64,000 bases of DNA from Candidatus Sumerlaeia bacterium (GTDB lineage Bacteria > Sumerlaeota > Sumerlaeia > SLMS01 > JANRJK01), in the NCBI GenBank assembly GCA_033764015.1, contig JANRJK010000046.1, positions 160,001 through 224,000 on the forward strand. The letters run 5' to 3'. The position numbers were made by a program, and so were the translations under genes. Of this stretch, positions 37,101 to 47,241 are shown in pieces; within the stretch, counting starts at the first letter, position 1; each line of letters starts with the position of its first letter. The notes below the pieces were generated by a model. It saw nothing but the letters and a program-made list of their open reading frames with translations. It did not search any database and had not been told where the DNA came from.

Positions 37101-40100
37101 TGAACACCGAAACCTATACCGTCACGCAGCTCGCGGGCTGCACGGCGCTCGCCCTCAGCTCGACCGCCGACACCGTCGGCGCCGCGGCGGGCACGATCTC
37201 CTTCGACATCGAGGGCCTCGACACGTTCTGCCCCTGGACTGTCACGGAGGGCGCCGACTGGCTTGAAGTCGCCGGCATCACCAGCGGCTTCGGCAACGCC
37301 ACGATCTCGCTCAACTACGACTTCAACCCGGGCGACCAGCGCTCCGCCACCATCGTGGTGACGGGCTCGACCGCTTCGACCACGTACGTCCTCACCCAGA
37401 CGGCGGGCTGCCAGCTCACCCTGTCGTCCAACAGCGCGAACGACCCGTCCGGCAACGCCGGCTCGCTGTCGTTCGACATCCAGAACCTGCTCGCCGGCTG
37501 CGACTGGCGCGTCGAGGTGGCTTCCGCCCCCTGGATCCAGGTCGACCAACTCGCCGGTGAAGGCCCCGCCACGGTCCGCGTCAATTGGGACGCGAACCCG
37601 GGCGAGACCCGCACGGCGCTCATCAACGTCATCGGCGAACTCAACACCGAGACCTTCACGCTGACGCAGGGCGAGGCGTGCAACTTCACGCTCTCCTCGA
37701 CCTCGGCCAACGACCCGTCCGGCCTCGCCGGCACGACCACCTTCGACATCCAGGGTCTCTCGGCTCACTGCCCGTGGAGCATCTCGGACGACGCGGAGTG
37801 GGCTGATGTGTTCCCGACGAGCGGCTTCGGCCCCGCGACGGTGACGATCAACTGGACCGCCAACCCCGGCGCGGACCGCGCGGCGACCTTCACGGTCGAC
37901 GGCAACCTCAACGCCGAAACCTTCACGCTCACCCAGGGCGAGTCGTGCAACTTCACGCTCTCGTCGACCTCCGCCAACGATCCGACCGGCCTCGCCGGCA
38001 CGACCACCTTCAACATCGAGGGGCTCGGGGCTCACTGCCCGTGGAGCATCTCGGACGACGCGGAGTGGGCCGACGTGTTCCCGACGAGCGGCTTCGGCCC
38101 CGCGACGGTGACGATCAACTGGACCGCCAACCCGGGCTTCGCCCGCGAGGCGACCTTCACGGTCTCCGGCAACCTCAACGCCGCAACCTTCACGCTGAGC
38201 CAGGGCGATGCATGCGCCCTTGAAGCCACTCCCGGGACGGCATCGGTCGGCCAGGTCGGCGGCTTTGTGACGTTTGAAATCACCGCCCTCGGTGGCGCAC
38301 CGCTCGCCCAACACTGCGCGTGGTCGATCTCGACGGAAGACAACGACTGGCTCGACATCGCGCCGCTCAGCGGTTTCGGACCGGCCACGATCACGGTCAA
38401 CTACGACAACAACTCCGGTTCGGAGCGCGTCGCCAACATCACCGTCACCGGCAACATCAACTCCAGCCTCTTCACGATCACCCAGAGCGCCGGATGCCAG
38501 TTCGAGATCACCGACGGGACGGACCCGTTCGACTCCGCGACCGTCGGCCCCGACGCCGGCTCGGTCGAGGTCTGCGTCGAGGACATCGCCGCCTTCTGTG
38601 CCTGGACGGCGATCACCGAGGACACTGACTGGATCGACATCAGCCCGACCGCCGGGATTGGCCAGGGTTGCGTCACGATCAACTACGAAGCGAACCCCGG
38701 CATCCAGCGCACGGCGACGATCACCTTCGCCACCGAGTCCACGGTCCGCGTCTACACGCTGACCCAGGAGCCCGGCTGCGCGCTGACGCTCTCGAGCAAC
38801 TCGGCCACCGACGCGACGGGCCTCGCCGGCACGATCACGATCAACGTCGAGACGCTGAGCGCCCACTGCCCGTGGACGATCACCAACATCGGCGCCGACT
38901 GGATCGACGTGTTCCCGCTCAGCGGCACCGGGCCGGGCTCGTTCACGATCAACTGGGAAGCGAACCCCGGCGCCGAGCGCGTCGCGACGTTCTCCGTCAA
39001 CGGCAACCTCAACACCGAGACGTTCACCCTCACGCAGGGCCCGAGCTGCGCGCTCGCGCTCTCTTCGAACTCCGCCACCGGCGATAGCCTCGCGGGCTCG
39101 GCCACGATCAACGTGACCGGCCTCGGCGCCCACTGCCCGTGGACCGCGGTTGTCGAGGATGCGGACTGGGTCGACATCGCACCGGCCACGGGCCTCGGCC
39201 CCGGCGCCTTCACGATCAACTGGGAAGCCAACCCGGGCATCCAGCGCGTCGCGCGGATCACCGTCACCGGCAACCTCAACACGCAAGTCTTCACGCTCAC
39301 CCAGCAGGCTGGCTGCACGCTCGCCCTGAACCCGGCCAATGCGACGGGCGGCGGCGAAGCCGGCTCCACGACGTTCCAGATCACCGGCCTTGCCGCCCAC
39401 TGCGCCTGGTCGATCGCCACCGAGGACACCGAGTGGGTTGACATCAGCCCGCTCAGCGGTTTCGGCCCCGCCACGATCACCGTGCGCTGGGACAACAACT
39501 TCGGTGCCCAGCGCCAGGCGACCATCTCGGTCACCGGCAACCTGAACACGTCGGTCTTCACGCTCACCCAGAACCCGGGTTGCGCGTTCACGCTCTCGCC
39601 CACGTCGTTCTCGGCCCCGAGCCAGGCGACGAACGGCACGTTCCAGATCACGGGCCTCTCGGCCTACTGCACCTGGGAAGTGAACGAGGACACGCCGTGG
39701 GTCGAGGTCACCAGCGCCCGCACCGGCGCCGGCCCCGCCACGGTCAGCTTCCGCGTCGAGCAGAACACCGGCGTCGCGCGCTCCGCCACGGTCACCGTGA
39801 CGGGCACGCTCGAAACGCGTACCTTCACCATCAACCAGACCGGCGTGGCCTGCGTGCCCGTCGTCACCCCGCCGAGCGCGTTCTTCGACCAGAACGGCGG
39901 CAACGGCGCGTTCACGGTCACGTTCTCGGTTCCGAACGCCACGGCCGACTGCCGCTGGATCGCGGTCTCGAACGTCGACTGGATCGACGTCTTCGAGGGC
40001 GCCCAGGGCACCGGCAACGGCCTCGTCACCTACGTTGTGGACCGCCTCCCGGCCGATAGCTGGCCGCCGGCCGCCCGCACCGGCACCATCACCGTCACCG

Positions 40101-41557
40101 TGGTCAACTCGGACGGCTCCTTCGGCGCCTCCGCGACGCACACGGTCGACCAGGAAGACCTCTGCCTGATCGTTGGGCTCTCGCCCAGCTCGCTCAGCTT
40201 CGACAACCGCGGCTTCCGCGCCGACGGCTCCGGCAACTCGGGCCGCTTCACGGTGCTGTTCCCCGCGGGCATCGACGGCTGCGAGTGGCGCGCACAGGCC
40301 AACGTCAACTGGATCCGCATCATCGAGGGTTCCACTGGCGTCGGCACCGGCGACGTTTCCTACGAAGTCGACCCGAACGTCGTTCCGGGTCCGGACGAGT
40401 CGCGCACCGGCACCATCACGGTCACGACCCGCACCGGACGCACGGCGATCCACACGGTCTTCCAGGACCAGAACTACTACGACCTCAGCGAGCTCCAGCT
40501 CGGCCTCGACGACATGCTGTCGGGCTTCTCGGACATCGCGAACATCGACTACACCTCGGAACTGCCCGAGGGTAACGTGACCCGCCTCGAAACGGTCGAT
40601 CCGCGCAACGGCATCCGCACGGTGGTCGAGCTCTTCGGGCTCGCCGCCGACGCGAACGGCCGCGTGATCACCGGCTTCGCCACCGTCTCGACGTTCGACT
40701 CCGCCGGCAACCCGGTGCAGTCGCTCTCGGGCATCCCGGTCCAGGGCTCGCTGCGCTTCCGCCGCGACCTCACGAACCTCTTCGCCCCCGGCTCCTACAT
40801 GGACGACCGCGGCGAATACACCTACGGCTTGAACCGCTCCTACAACATCAAGGTGGGCGGCGGCTTCGAGTTCAAGGGCCAGGCGCGCAACGGCGAGGGA
40901 CGCCTCTTCGCGTTCCGCCTCCAGGGCCGCCTCGACTACAACCAGACGTTCTACGCCAACGAACCCGAGCCGCAGCCCACCCGCGGCGGCAAGGGCGGCG
41001 AGGAGAACCTCCTGCCGCCGTACCGCACGCTCCTGCAGACCTCGGTCCAGGCGCTCGCGGCGGGCCGCGCGAACGGCTTCGCCGACAACCTGGTCATGGA
41101 CGACTTCCGCCCCGCCATCACGAAGAGCTCCTTCGTGCTGCAGCCCTCGCAGCTCAAGCTCTGGACCGGCGACCTGCTCCTGCTCAACAGCGAGTTCGTC
41201 CCGTCCCAGGAGAGCCGCGGCGGCCTCAGCCGCACCGAGTTCCGTCCGTACTACACCAACATCCGCCCGACGCCGTACCGCTTCGGCCGCTTCGACTTCC
41301 GCGGCCGCGTGGGACGCTACAACTTCGCCTCGACCGGCGCCTCGACGATTCCCTTCGAGGAACTGGCGAACGAAGGCTTCACGCTGGATGAACTCCGCTC
41401 CGACCTCGACAACGGCGAGATCGACCCGTCTCCGCGGCGCACCGCCTTCCCGGCCAGCGCCAGCATGACGAGCCCCGCCATCATCCTCACCGAACGCTCC
41501 TCGTACGACCGGGCGCTTTACATCGCCTCGATCGACGCGGTCGACGTCATCCCCTGA
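34181..41557 (+). CDS. Giant secreted protein (~2460 aa) with ~20 Cys-containing BACON-like Ig repeats and an unassigned ~350-aa C-terminal domain
   Basis: Signal peptide ending ADA-Q; repeat pattern C...CxWT...W...G.G...N.G..R.......FTLTQ; Thr-rich; host-like codon usage. Confidence 0.9.
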   Translation: MTKAPGLRSTLIGLAAAGIALLGSSADAQTIRFQPVNVVDTDGGTFQVQVFVDIPAGTNVRRVDGFIDIDTGANGLTFNSATALNAAFASADAQAVSGPLGGDPSGTDVRFRAITACGAEQTNGSFLLTTLTFNRNNGSNPGPYTLTWVNGTTAYPSLAGACPTNPFDPGITPFAGSTFQNGTAVYCGGTYVVSDLNVDGNGNNVTLERIAAREGAVGDGPGNPISAFTAFDRTFTVNAIAATCPVSVTATTNPVDFTGAMLANISVAGSNPATVEFDVRSNPGPARVGVISVNQQPSATYTIFQEDGCRWTLPRQSQVYSSDLQRDNFAMFPTNILCGYTLRIDPPEAEYNDQGTADPSDDTGWVTIEEPTGIGFPSGTGNISLQILLQKNFNPTNRSARIRVEGVTYDLDWFDITQNGTCRYEAEPVQSALLPAGASAANTFDVNLTPPQEGLPSCSWTVDEDSTSPWITNVAVAVDGLTGYEVLDNLGNPTGIYVGYGVVSYDTTANTGEQRQGIITLATETGPVYHYVNQADGCALAFSTTATNLSASASGTFTANFSVNAGSADCAWTILGGADWFDFTPRSGFGTTPIDLTAFPNTGAARSTTLTLVGAAGVSTIEVVQDAGCTITAIADPASFASAAQTSSFDIAGLFAECEWTVSEDSPWLAITGATTGFGNATVNYALQPNDTGATRSTVVTVTGPLNTVAFTVTQNGTCGLPGNAAFNVSAVAGVATLNFALDAFCDWTITEDNRGGDWVRITDPTSGTGNIAVDFAYESNPGAPRSKSWTVSTAVNSVIVTINQDSDCALTLSTASATVGADAGTTTFDINLNQTFCDWTISGGSDWAYVDGPLTGAGSTTVTVAFEANTGIERETVFTVTGPLGTQTFTLTQNDDCTLALSAVGTTLTSTDTAGSFGITGLTAACPWTVSEDSDWLDITSAAAGIADATVIFSTTTNPGFDRVAVIQVVGSLNTETYTVTQLAGCTALALSSTADTVGAAAGTISFDIEGLDTFCPWTVTEGADWLEVAGITSGFGNATISLNYDFNPGDQRSATIVVTGSTASTTYVLTQTAGCQLTLSSNSANDPSGNAGSLSFDIQNLLAGCDWRVEVASAPWIQVDQLAGEGPATVRVNWDANPGETRTALINVIGELNTETFTLTQGEACNFTLSSTSANDPSGLAGTTTFDIQGLSAHCPWSISDDAEWADVFPTSGFGPATVTINWTANPGADRAATFTVDGNLNAETFTLTQGESCNFTLSSTSANDPTGLAGTTTFNIEGLGAHCPWSISDDAEWADVFPTSGFGPATVTINWTANPGFAREATFTVSGNLNAATFTLSQGDACALEATPGTASVGQVGGFVTFEITALGGAPLAQHCAWSISTEDNDWLDIAPLSGFGPATITVNYDNNSGSERVANITVTGNINSSLFTITQSAGCQFEITDGTDPFDSATVGPDAGSVEVCVEDIAAFCAWTAITEDTDWIDISPTAGIGQGCVTINYEANPGIQRTATITFATESTVRVYTLTQEPGCALTLSSNSATDATGLAGTITINVETLSAHCPWTITNIGADWIDVFPLSGTGPGSFTINWEANPGAERVATFSVNGNLNTETFTLTQGPSCALALSSNSATGDSLAGSATINVTGLGAHCPWTAVVEDADWVDIAPATGLGPGAFTINWEANPGIQRVARITVTGNLNTQVFTLTQQAGCTLALNPANATGGGEAGSTTFQITGLAAHCAWSIATEDTEWVDISPLSGFGPATITVRWDNNFGAQRQATISVTGNLNTSVFTLTQNPGCAFTLSPTSFSAPSQATNGTFQITGLSAYCTWEVNEDTPWVEVTSARTGAGPATVSFRVEQNTGVARSATVTVTGTLETRTFTINQTGVACVPVVTPPSAFFDQNGGNGAFTVTFSVPNATADCRWIAVSNVDWIDVFEGAQGTGNGLVTYVVDRLPADSWPPAARTGTITVTVVNSDGSFGASATHTVDQEDLCLIVGLSPSSLSFDNRGFRADGSGNSGRFTVLFPAGIDGCEWRAQANVNWIRIIEGSTGVGTGDVSYEVDPNVVPGPDESRTGTITVTTRTGRTAIHTVFQDQNYYDLSELQLGLDDMLSGFSDIANIDYTSELPEGNVTRLETVDPRNGIRTVVELFGLAADANGRVITGFATVSTFDSAGNPVQSLSGIPVQGSLRFRRDLTNLFAPGSYMDDRGEYTYGLNRSYNIKVGGGFEFKGQARNGEGRLFAFRLQGRLDYNQTFYANEPEPQPTRGGKGGEENLLPPYRTLLQTSVQALAAGRANGFADNLVMDDFRPAITKSSFVLQPSQLKLWTGDLLLLNSEFVPSQESRGGLSRTEFRPYYTNIRPTPYRFGRFDFRGRVGRYNFASTGASTIPFEELANEGFTLDELRSDLDNGEIDPSPRRTAFPASASMTSPAIILTERSSYDRALYIASIDAVDVIP
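37679..38212 (+). repeat. Recent tandem duplication of a 267-bp (89-aa) BACON unit
   Basis: Units start at 37679 and 37946 and are near-identical ([21 protein letters not shown]...[34 protein letters not shown]). Confidence 0.9.
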
Positions 41558-41600
41558 AATGGCGCGCCCTAGTGGCGCTCCAGCGCAGGCCGCAGTAAAC

Positions 41601-41638
41601 CCGGGCGGGTCCGCAAGGACCCGCCCGGTCTCTTTTTC
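41601..41638 (+). terminator. Rho-independent terminator of the BACON gene
   Basis: CCGGGCGGGTCC-GCAA-GGACCCGCCCGG followed by TCTCTTTTT. Confidence 0.9.
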
Positions 41639-41646
41639 CGAGCGGC

Positions 41647-41675
41647 TTGCCCCGCGCCCGGCCAGGCGCCAGCGT
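41647..41675 (+). promoter_or_regulatory. Putative kdsA-truA promoter
   Basis: TTGCCC-N17-CAGCGT directly after the terminator, then GGAGG and GTG 41700. Confidence 0.45.
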
Positions 41676-41699
41676 CGACTTCCCGGAGGACGCCGCCCA

Positions 41700-42596
41700 G
41701 TGACGCAGCCAACCGAACGCCCCTCGCCCCGCCCCGCGGGACTCACCACCTGCCGCGGGTTCGACGTCGGCGGGGTCCGCGTCGGCGGCTCCGCGCCGCT
41801 CGCCCTCATCGCCGGACCCTGCGTGATCGAATCGGAGGACCACATCCTCCGCATGGCGGAAGGCATCCGCGCGGTGGCGGAGCGCCTCGGCGTCCCGCTC
41901 ATCTTCAAGGCGTCCTACGACAAGGCGAACCGCACCAGCTTCAAGGGCTTCCGCGGCCCCGGCCTCGCGGAGGGTCTCCGCATCCTCGCGCGCGCCAAGC
42001 GCGAGACCGGCCTCCCCGTCCTCACCGACGTTCACACGGAGGAGCAGGTGCCCGCCGCCGCGGAGGTGTGCGACATACTGCAGGTGCCCGCGTTCCTCTG
42101 CCGCCAGACCGACTTCATCTACGCCATGGGACGCGGCGGAAAGCCGGTGAATGTGAAGAAAGGGCAGTTCCTCGCCCCGCACGACATCCGCAACGTCGTG
42201 GCGAAGTTGCGCGAGGCGGGCTGCGAAGACATTCTGCTCACGGAGCGCGGCGCCAGCTTCGGCTACAACACGCTCGTCTCCGATTTCCGCGGGCTCCCGA
42301 CCATGCAGGAGCTGACGGGGCTGCCGGTGTGCTTCGATGCGACGCACAGCGTGCAGCAGCCGGGCGGCGCCGGAGAGGCCACCGGCGGCGAGCGCAAGCA
42401 CGTCGCCACGCTCGCCCGCGCCGCGGCCGCCGTCGGCATCAACGCCCTCTTCATGGAGGTCCACGACCACCCGCCCAGCGCGAAGTCGGACGGTCCCAAC
42501 CAGGTGTGGCTAGACGACCTCGAGGACACCTTGCGCGGGATCCTCGCGGTGGACGCGGCGCTCCGCGCGTGGCATGGCTCGCCCGCCCCGCGCTGA
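41700..42596 (+). CDS. kdsA: KDO-8-phosphate synthase
   Basis: [56 protein letters not shown]. Confidence 0.97.
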   Translation: MTQPTERPSPRPAGLTTCRGFDVGGVRVGGSAPLALIAGPCVIESEDHILRMAEGIRAVAERLGVPLIFKASYDKANRTSFKGFRGPGLAEGLRILARAKRETGLPVLTDVHTEEQVPAAAEVCDILQVPAFLCRQTDFIYAMGRGGKPVNVKKGQFLAPHDIRNVVAKLREAGCEDILLTERGASFGYNTLVSDFRGLPTMQELTGLPVCFDATHSVQQPGGAGEATGGERKHVATLARAAAAVGINALFMEVHDHPPSAKSDGPNQVWLDDLEDTLRGILAVDAALRAWHGSPAPR

Positions 42597-43377
42597 GCCG
42601 CTCGCGCTGCGGCGCGCCGCGCTGCTGGTCGAGTACGACGGCACGGCCTTCGAGGGCTTTCAGCGCCAGCGCGAGGCCCGCACCGTGCAGGGCGCCCTGG
42701 AAGAGGCCGCCGAAAAGGTCGGCTCGCACGCGCCGCGCCTGATCTGCGCCGGCCGCACCGATGCCGGCGTGCACGCCGCGGGGCAGGTGGTGGCGCTCTC
42801 CCTCCCCGAGCGGCTCCCCGCCGACAAGCTGGCCTTCGCGATGAACAGCGTGCTGCCGCAGGACATCCGCGTCCGCCGCGCCGTGCCCTGCGGCGAGGAG
42901 TTCGGTCCGCGGCACGACGCCGTGATGCGCACCTACCGCTACCGGGTGTGCGTCGGCGTGCCGGTGCCGCCGGTCGCGAGGGGATTCGTCGCTTACGTGG
43001 GGCGCGTGCCCGCGCCGGAACTCCTCGCCGAGGCCGCGCCGCTCTACCTCGGCAAGCGCGAGTTCCGCGAGTGGCGCGCCGCCCAGTGCCAAGGCAAGCG
43101 CACGCTCCTCACGATCTCCCGCGCGGAGGTCCGCACCCCGGAGGAGACCGGCGAGGCGTGGCACGACTTCGTGTTCTCCGCGCGCAGCTTCCTCCAGCAC
43201 ATGGTGCGCTTCCTGGTCGGCGGCTGCATCTCGGTGGCGCGGCGGAAGGTCGCCATGGAGGAGCTGGCGCTCGCGCTCGCCGAGGGGCGCCGCCCGCGTG
43301 ACATCGCCCCCGCGGAGGCGCGCGGCCTCATCCTCGAACGCGTCGACTATCCGCCGGAGAAGGACCCGTTCCGGTAG
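42574..43377 (+). CDS. truA: tRNA pseudouridine(38-40) synthase
   Basis: [39 protein letters not shown]. Confidence 0.95.
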   Translation: MARPPRAEPLALRRAALLVEYDGTAFEGFQRQREARTVQGALEEAAEKVGSHAPRLICAGRTDAGVHAAGQVVALSLPERLPADKLAFAMNSVLPQDIRVRRAVPCGEEFGPRHDAVMRTYRYRVCVGVPVPPVARGFVAYVGRVPAPELLAEAAPLYLGKREFREWRAAQCQGKRTLLTISRAEVRTPEETGEAWHDFVFSARSFLQHMVRFLVGGCISVARRKVAMEELALALAEGRRPRDIAPAEARGLILERVDYPPEKDPFR

Positions 43378-43383
43378 CGCGCG

Positions 43384-44016
43384 CTAGCGGACGCCGATCG
43401 CTTTGTGCGTCTGCACGCTTAGGCGCCATTGGGGGTTCGCGAGGCAGTACGCCACCGCCGCGCGCGTGTTCGCCTCCACCTCCGGGCCGTCCATCGGCTG
43501 CAGGAAGAAATGCTTGAAGCGCTGCCCGGCGAACCGCTCCGGCGCCGCGGCCTCCTGCGGGAAGACCAGCTTCAGCTCGTCGCCCTCGAAGAGCACCTGC
43601 TCCGCGCGCGCCTTGGGGCTCACGCAGATCCAATCGATCCCAGGCGGAGGCAGGCGCGTGCCGTTCGTTTCGATCGCGATCTCGAAGCCGCGGGCGTGGA
43701 GCGCCTCCACCAGCGCCGGGTCCACTTGCAGGAGCGGCTCGCCGCCGGTCAGCACGACGAGCCGCGCGCCCTTCCCCGCGGGCCACTGCGCCACGACCGC
43801 TTCCGCCAGCGCGTCCGCATCGGCGAAGCGTCCACCGCCCGAACCGTCCGTGCCGACGAAGTCCGTGTCGCAGAACTGGCACACTGCGGAGGCGCGGTCC
43901 GCCTCTCGCCCGCTCCAAAGGTTGCATCCGGCGAAGCGGCAGAACACCGCCGCGCGCCCGCACTGGGCGCCTTCGCCTTGAATCGTCAGGTAGATTTCCT
44001 TCACCGCGTAGGGCAC
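43384..44016 (-). CDS. queE: 7-carboxy-7-deazaguanine synthase (Cx14CxxC variant)
   Basis: KEIYLTIQGEG, CNLWSGREADRASAVCQFCDT, TGGEPLLQ, ETNGT, VSPK, SVQTHK. Confidence 0.95.
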   Translation of the reverse strand: MPYAVKEIYLTIQGEGAQCGRAAVFCRFAGCNLWSGREADRASAVCQFCDTDFVGTDGSGGGRFADADALAEAVVAQWPAGKGARLVVLTGGEPLLQVDPALVEALHARGFEIAIETNGTRLPPPGIDWICVSPKARAEQVLFEGDELKLVFPQEAAAPERFAGQRFKHFFLQPMDGPEVEANTRAAVAYCLANPQWRLSVQTHKAIGVR

Positions 44017-44108
44017 GAAGCGCTCACCTCGCAGGCAGCGTGCGCGACCCCTGCGCGCGGTGTCGAGGGCGGCGGCCGCCGACGCGCCGCCGCCCTCGCC
44101 GGATCCCG

Positions 44109-44714
44109 TTAGAACGAGTTCTCGCGCACCACCTCGGAGAGGTCGAGTTGGCCGGGCTTGGGCCACACGTCCTTCGTCTTCTTCCCGATGGCGACCAGCG
44201 GGCCCATGGCGTGGTCCGCCGGCAGCTTCACCAGCTTCGCCACTTGCTCGATGTCGAAGCCGATCATCGGGCACGAGTCGTAGCCGAGCTCCTTCGCGGC
44301 GAGCATCAGCGTCTGCATCGCCATGCCGATGGAGCGCTGCGCCTCGTCGCGCTGCAGCCACTCGCGGCCCTCGTGGAACGGGGCCATCCAGCCCACCAGG
44401 AGGTCCGACACCGCCTGCGGCGCATTGCGCCAATACCGCGCAGGCTCCTTGGTCCACGCCTTCACGTCCGCGGTGAACAGGACCAGCAGCGAAGCGTCCG
44501 TGATCTGGGACTGGTCGTTGCCGAACTCCTTGCGGATGCGGGCGCGCAGCTCCGGATCGCGGAGGATCACGAAGCGCCAGTGCTGGATGTTGAAGCTTGT
44601 GGGCGCTTGGATCGCCGCTTCCAGCAGCGTGCGCTCCTCCTCCGCGGTCATCTTGTGGTTCGGGTCGAAGTGCTTCACCGCGCGGCGCTCGCGAATCGCG
44701 TCGAGGACGTTCAT
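44109..44714 (-). CDS. Nitroreductase family protein
   Basis: RRAVKHF, APTSFNIQHWRF, SCPMIGFD. Confidence 0.92.
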   Translation of the reverse strand: MNVLDAIRERRAVKHFDPNHKMTAEEERTLLEAAIQAPTSFNIQHWRFVILRDPELRARIRKEFGNDQSQITDASLLVLFTADVKAWTKEPARYWRNAPQAVSDLLVGWMAPFHEGREWLQRDEAQRSIGMAMQTLMLAAKELGYDSCPMIGFDIEQVAKLVKLPADHAMGPLVAIGKKTKDVWPKPGQLDLSEVVRENSF

Positions 44715-44825
44715 CGAAATGGGTTCCGTTCTGGGGAGTGTGGGCGGGCGCTGTGTTTCTTGCCCGCCGGCTGCATCCAGTGGAGCACAAGCAGGGCCAA
44801 GCCCGCACCCCGAGGAGTACCCCTT

Positions 44826-45380
44826 ATGACAGAACGCGAAAGGATGCTGGCGGGGGAGTTGTACCGCCCCGCCGACCCGGAACTGGCCGCGATGCGGTTG
44901 CGCGCCCGCAGCCTGATGCACCGCATCAACCACTCGGACCCGGCGGACATGCCCGCGCGCACGGGCCTTTTCCGCCAGTTGTTCGGCGCCATCGGCACCC
45001 GCTTCGAGATCGAGCCGCCGTTCCATTGCGACTACGGCTGCCACATCCACATCGGCGAGGACTTCTTCGCCAACTTCGGGTGCGTGGTGCTCGACGTGTG
45101 CGAAGTGCGGATCGGGCGGAGCGTCTTCCTCGCGCCCGGGGTGCACATCTACACGGCGGAGCATCCGCTCGATCCCGCCGCGCGGACGAGCGGGGGCGAG
45201 ATGGGCCGCCCGGTCACGATCGGCGACCGCGTCTGGATCGGAGGCGGGGCGATCATCCTGCCGGGCGTTGCCATCGGCGAGGACGCGGTGGTCGCCGCCG
45301 GCGCCGTGGTCGCGCGCGATGTGCCAGCGGGCGCCCTGGTTGGCGGCGTGCCGGCGCGCTTCATGAAGCCCGCCCGCTGA
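44826..45380 (+). CDS. Sugar (maltose) O-acetyltransferase
   Basis: ERMLAGELY, PPFHCDYG, hexapeptide repeats, GVPAR; GAGGAG RBS. Confidence 0.92.
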   Translation: MTERERMLAGELYRPADPELAAMRLRARSLMHRINHSDPADMPARTGLFRQLFGAIGTRFEIEPPFHCDYGCHIHIGEDFFANFGCVVLDVCEVRIGRSVFLAPGVHIYTAEHPLDPAARTSGGEMGRPVTIGDRVWIGGGAIILPGVAIGEDAVVAAGAVVARDVPAGALVGGVPARFMKPAR

Positions 45381-45462
45381 GCTTTCCACCTCGACCCCGT
45401 AGGCCGCGCCGAGATAGTCCCGCGCCCTTGCAACGCAACGCCTCCCGGACTCCGCCCCCCCG

Positions 45463-47034
45463 ATGACCACCCAGCAGCCGCCCGCCGCCTCCAACGCCTC
45501 CGGCTTCCTCTCGCGGATCGGCGCGCTGCTCGCGGACCTGCTCCTGCTCGGCGCTTTCCTCGCCGCCGCCACCTCGGTGCTTCAGGTGCTCATCTCCGTC
45601 GTCGTGCTCGTGGTCGGCTACGCGCAGCACGCCAACGACCGCTTCGGGATGATCGAGTCCGACTGGCCCGCGCGGCACCGCGAAGACTGGCTGGTGCTCG
45701 GCGGCAGCATCCTCGCCTCGGTGCTGTTGATCCTCTTCCACCGCTTGTTCCTCCGCGTGCGCCGGCGGCTCCTGGCGCGCTTCGTCGAGAGCCGTTTCGA
45801 AAGCTTCGTCAGCAAGCGCTACCTGCTCGCGCGCGAGGGCGGCTCACTCGTTTCGCTCATCGCCGTCGTCTCCGTCTCCGGCGTCGCCGTCGGCGTCATG
45901 GCGCTCGTCGTCGTGATGTCGGTGATGAACGGCTTCGATCGCGTGCTGCTGGCGAAGATCATGGGCGTGATTTCGCACGTCGAGATTTCGCCCACCTTCG
46001 GCGGCGACCGCACGATCTCCTGGAGCGAAGTCGAGTACCTGATGGAGACGGTCGAGGCGAACCCGGAGGTGGTCGCCGCAGCGCCGCTCTTCGTCCGCCA
46101 GACGCTCTTCCAGCGCGACACCGGCGGCTCCGAGTTCAAGGCCGGCGGGCTGATCCGCGGCATCGACTTCGACCGCGAGGCGAAGGTCTCCGACCTGATG
46201 GCAAACGTGCCCGCACCCGGCGCCGCCCGCCCCGGCTTCCGCGAGATCGTGCTCGGCATCCAGCTCGCCCGCACCCTCCGCGTGGGCCCCGGCGACGACG
46301 TCTATGTCCTCGGCAAAGTCGTCACCACCGCGAACGGCACCTACCCGCGCCTGAGCCGCCTCAAGGTGGTCGGGCTGCTCCGGACCGGCCTGTACGATGT
46401 GGACAACGGCATCGGCTATGTCTCGATGGAGACGGCGCAGAACATCTTCGTGGACGAGGGCGCCGCGACCAGCGTCCACGTCAAGCTCCGCAAGCCGGAG
46501 GATGTGGACCTCGTGGCGCGCCAGCTCGCCGCGACGATCACCCGCGGCAACTACCAGCTCGTCACCTGGCAGCAGCGGAACAGCGACTTCTTCAACGCAC
46601 TCTGGGTCGAAAAGGTCGCCATGTTCATCATCCTGATGCTGATCGTGCTGGTGGCCGCGTTCAACATCGTCGGCACGCTGGTGATGACGGTGGTGCAGAA
46701 GACGCGCGAGATCGGCATCCTGAAGAGCATGGGCGCGCCCTCCGGCGCGGTGATGCGGATCTTCCTGTCGCACGGTTTCTTCATCGGGCTGATCGGCACC
46801 GCGCTCGGGGTTTCCTGGGGGCTTTGGATCTGCCTCTTCGTGCACAACGACATCGACAAGATCTTCCGGCTGCCCTCGGGCGTGTACGGGCTCGAGCGGC
46901 TGCCGGTGCTGGTGGAGCCGTCCGTGGTGCTGTTTATCGCGGGCTGCGCCATGGTGGTGTGCCTGCTGGCCTCGATCATCCCGGCGCGGCGCGCGGCGCG
47001 GTTCGACCCGGTCGAGGCGCTCCGGCACGAATAG
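45463..47034 (+). CDS. LolC/E-type lipoprotein-releasing ABC permease with an extra N-terminal 2-TM segment
   Basis: GVMALVVVMSVMNGF, VAAFNIVGTLVMTVVQKTREIGILKSMGA, PARRAARFDPVEALR. Confidence 0.88.
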   Translation: MTTQQPPAASNASGFLSRIGALLADLLLLGAFLAAATSVLQVLISVVVLVVGYAQHANDRFGMIESDWPARHREDWLVLGGSILASVLLILFHRLFLRVRRRLLARFVESRFESFVSKRYLLAREGGSLVSLIAVVSVSGVAVGVMALVVVMSVMNGFDRVLLAKIMGVISHVEISPTFGGDRTISWSEVEYLMETVEANPEVVAAAPLFVRQTLFQRDTGGSEFKAGGLIRGIDFDREAKVSDLMANVPAPGAARPGFREIVLGIQLARTLRVGPGDDVYVLGKVVTTANGTYPRLSRLKVVGLLRTGLYDVDNGIGYVSMETAQNIFVDEGAATSVHVKLRKPEDVDLVARQLAATITRGNYQLVTWQQRNSDFFNALWVEKVAMFIILMLIVLVAAFNIVGTLVMTVVQKTREIGILKSMGAPSGAVMRIFLSHGFFIGLIGTALGVSWGLWICLFVHNDIDKIFRLPSGVYGLERLPVLVEPSVVLFIAGCAMVVCLLASIIPARRAARFDPVEALRHE

Positions 47035-47241
47035 CGCGCTTGGAGCGCCGTTGACCCGCCCGGGGGCGGCCCCCTTGCCTCGTGCGCTGGCCCGGAACCA
47101 ACCCCGCGGCGCCCCCCGCGGTCTGCTTGTCCGCCGGCGGCGTGAAGGAAACGGCGCCCCGGCTGTATCACCACACGAACACAGGCGGAGCGGCGCATGG
47201 GTCGCTTGGCTCCCGCAACTGTCCCAAGGAGAAGACCCCCG

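Noticed and set aside
34058..41908. 2616-aa minus-strand ORF
   Set aside because: Antisense shadow of the BACON gene caused by GC-biased codon usage; Arg/Gly/Val-rich with no motifs. The same applies to most overlapping long ORFs in the track (e.g. 45844-49053, 20288-22591, 60599-63883, 10236-12476).
43384..44016. queE as part of a 7-deazaguanine DNA-modification (dpd) island
   Set aside because: No dpdA, queC, queD or folE nearby; the gene has host-like composition and sits beside truA, consistent with ordinary queuosine synthesis.
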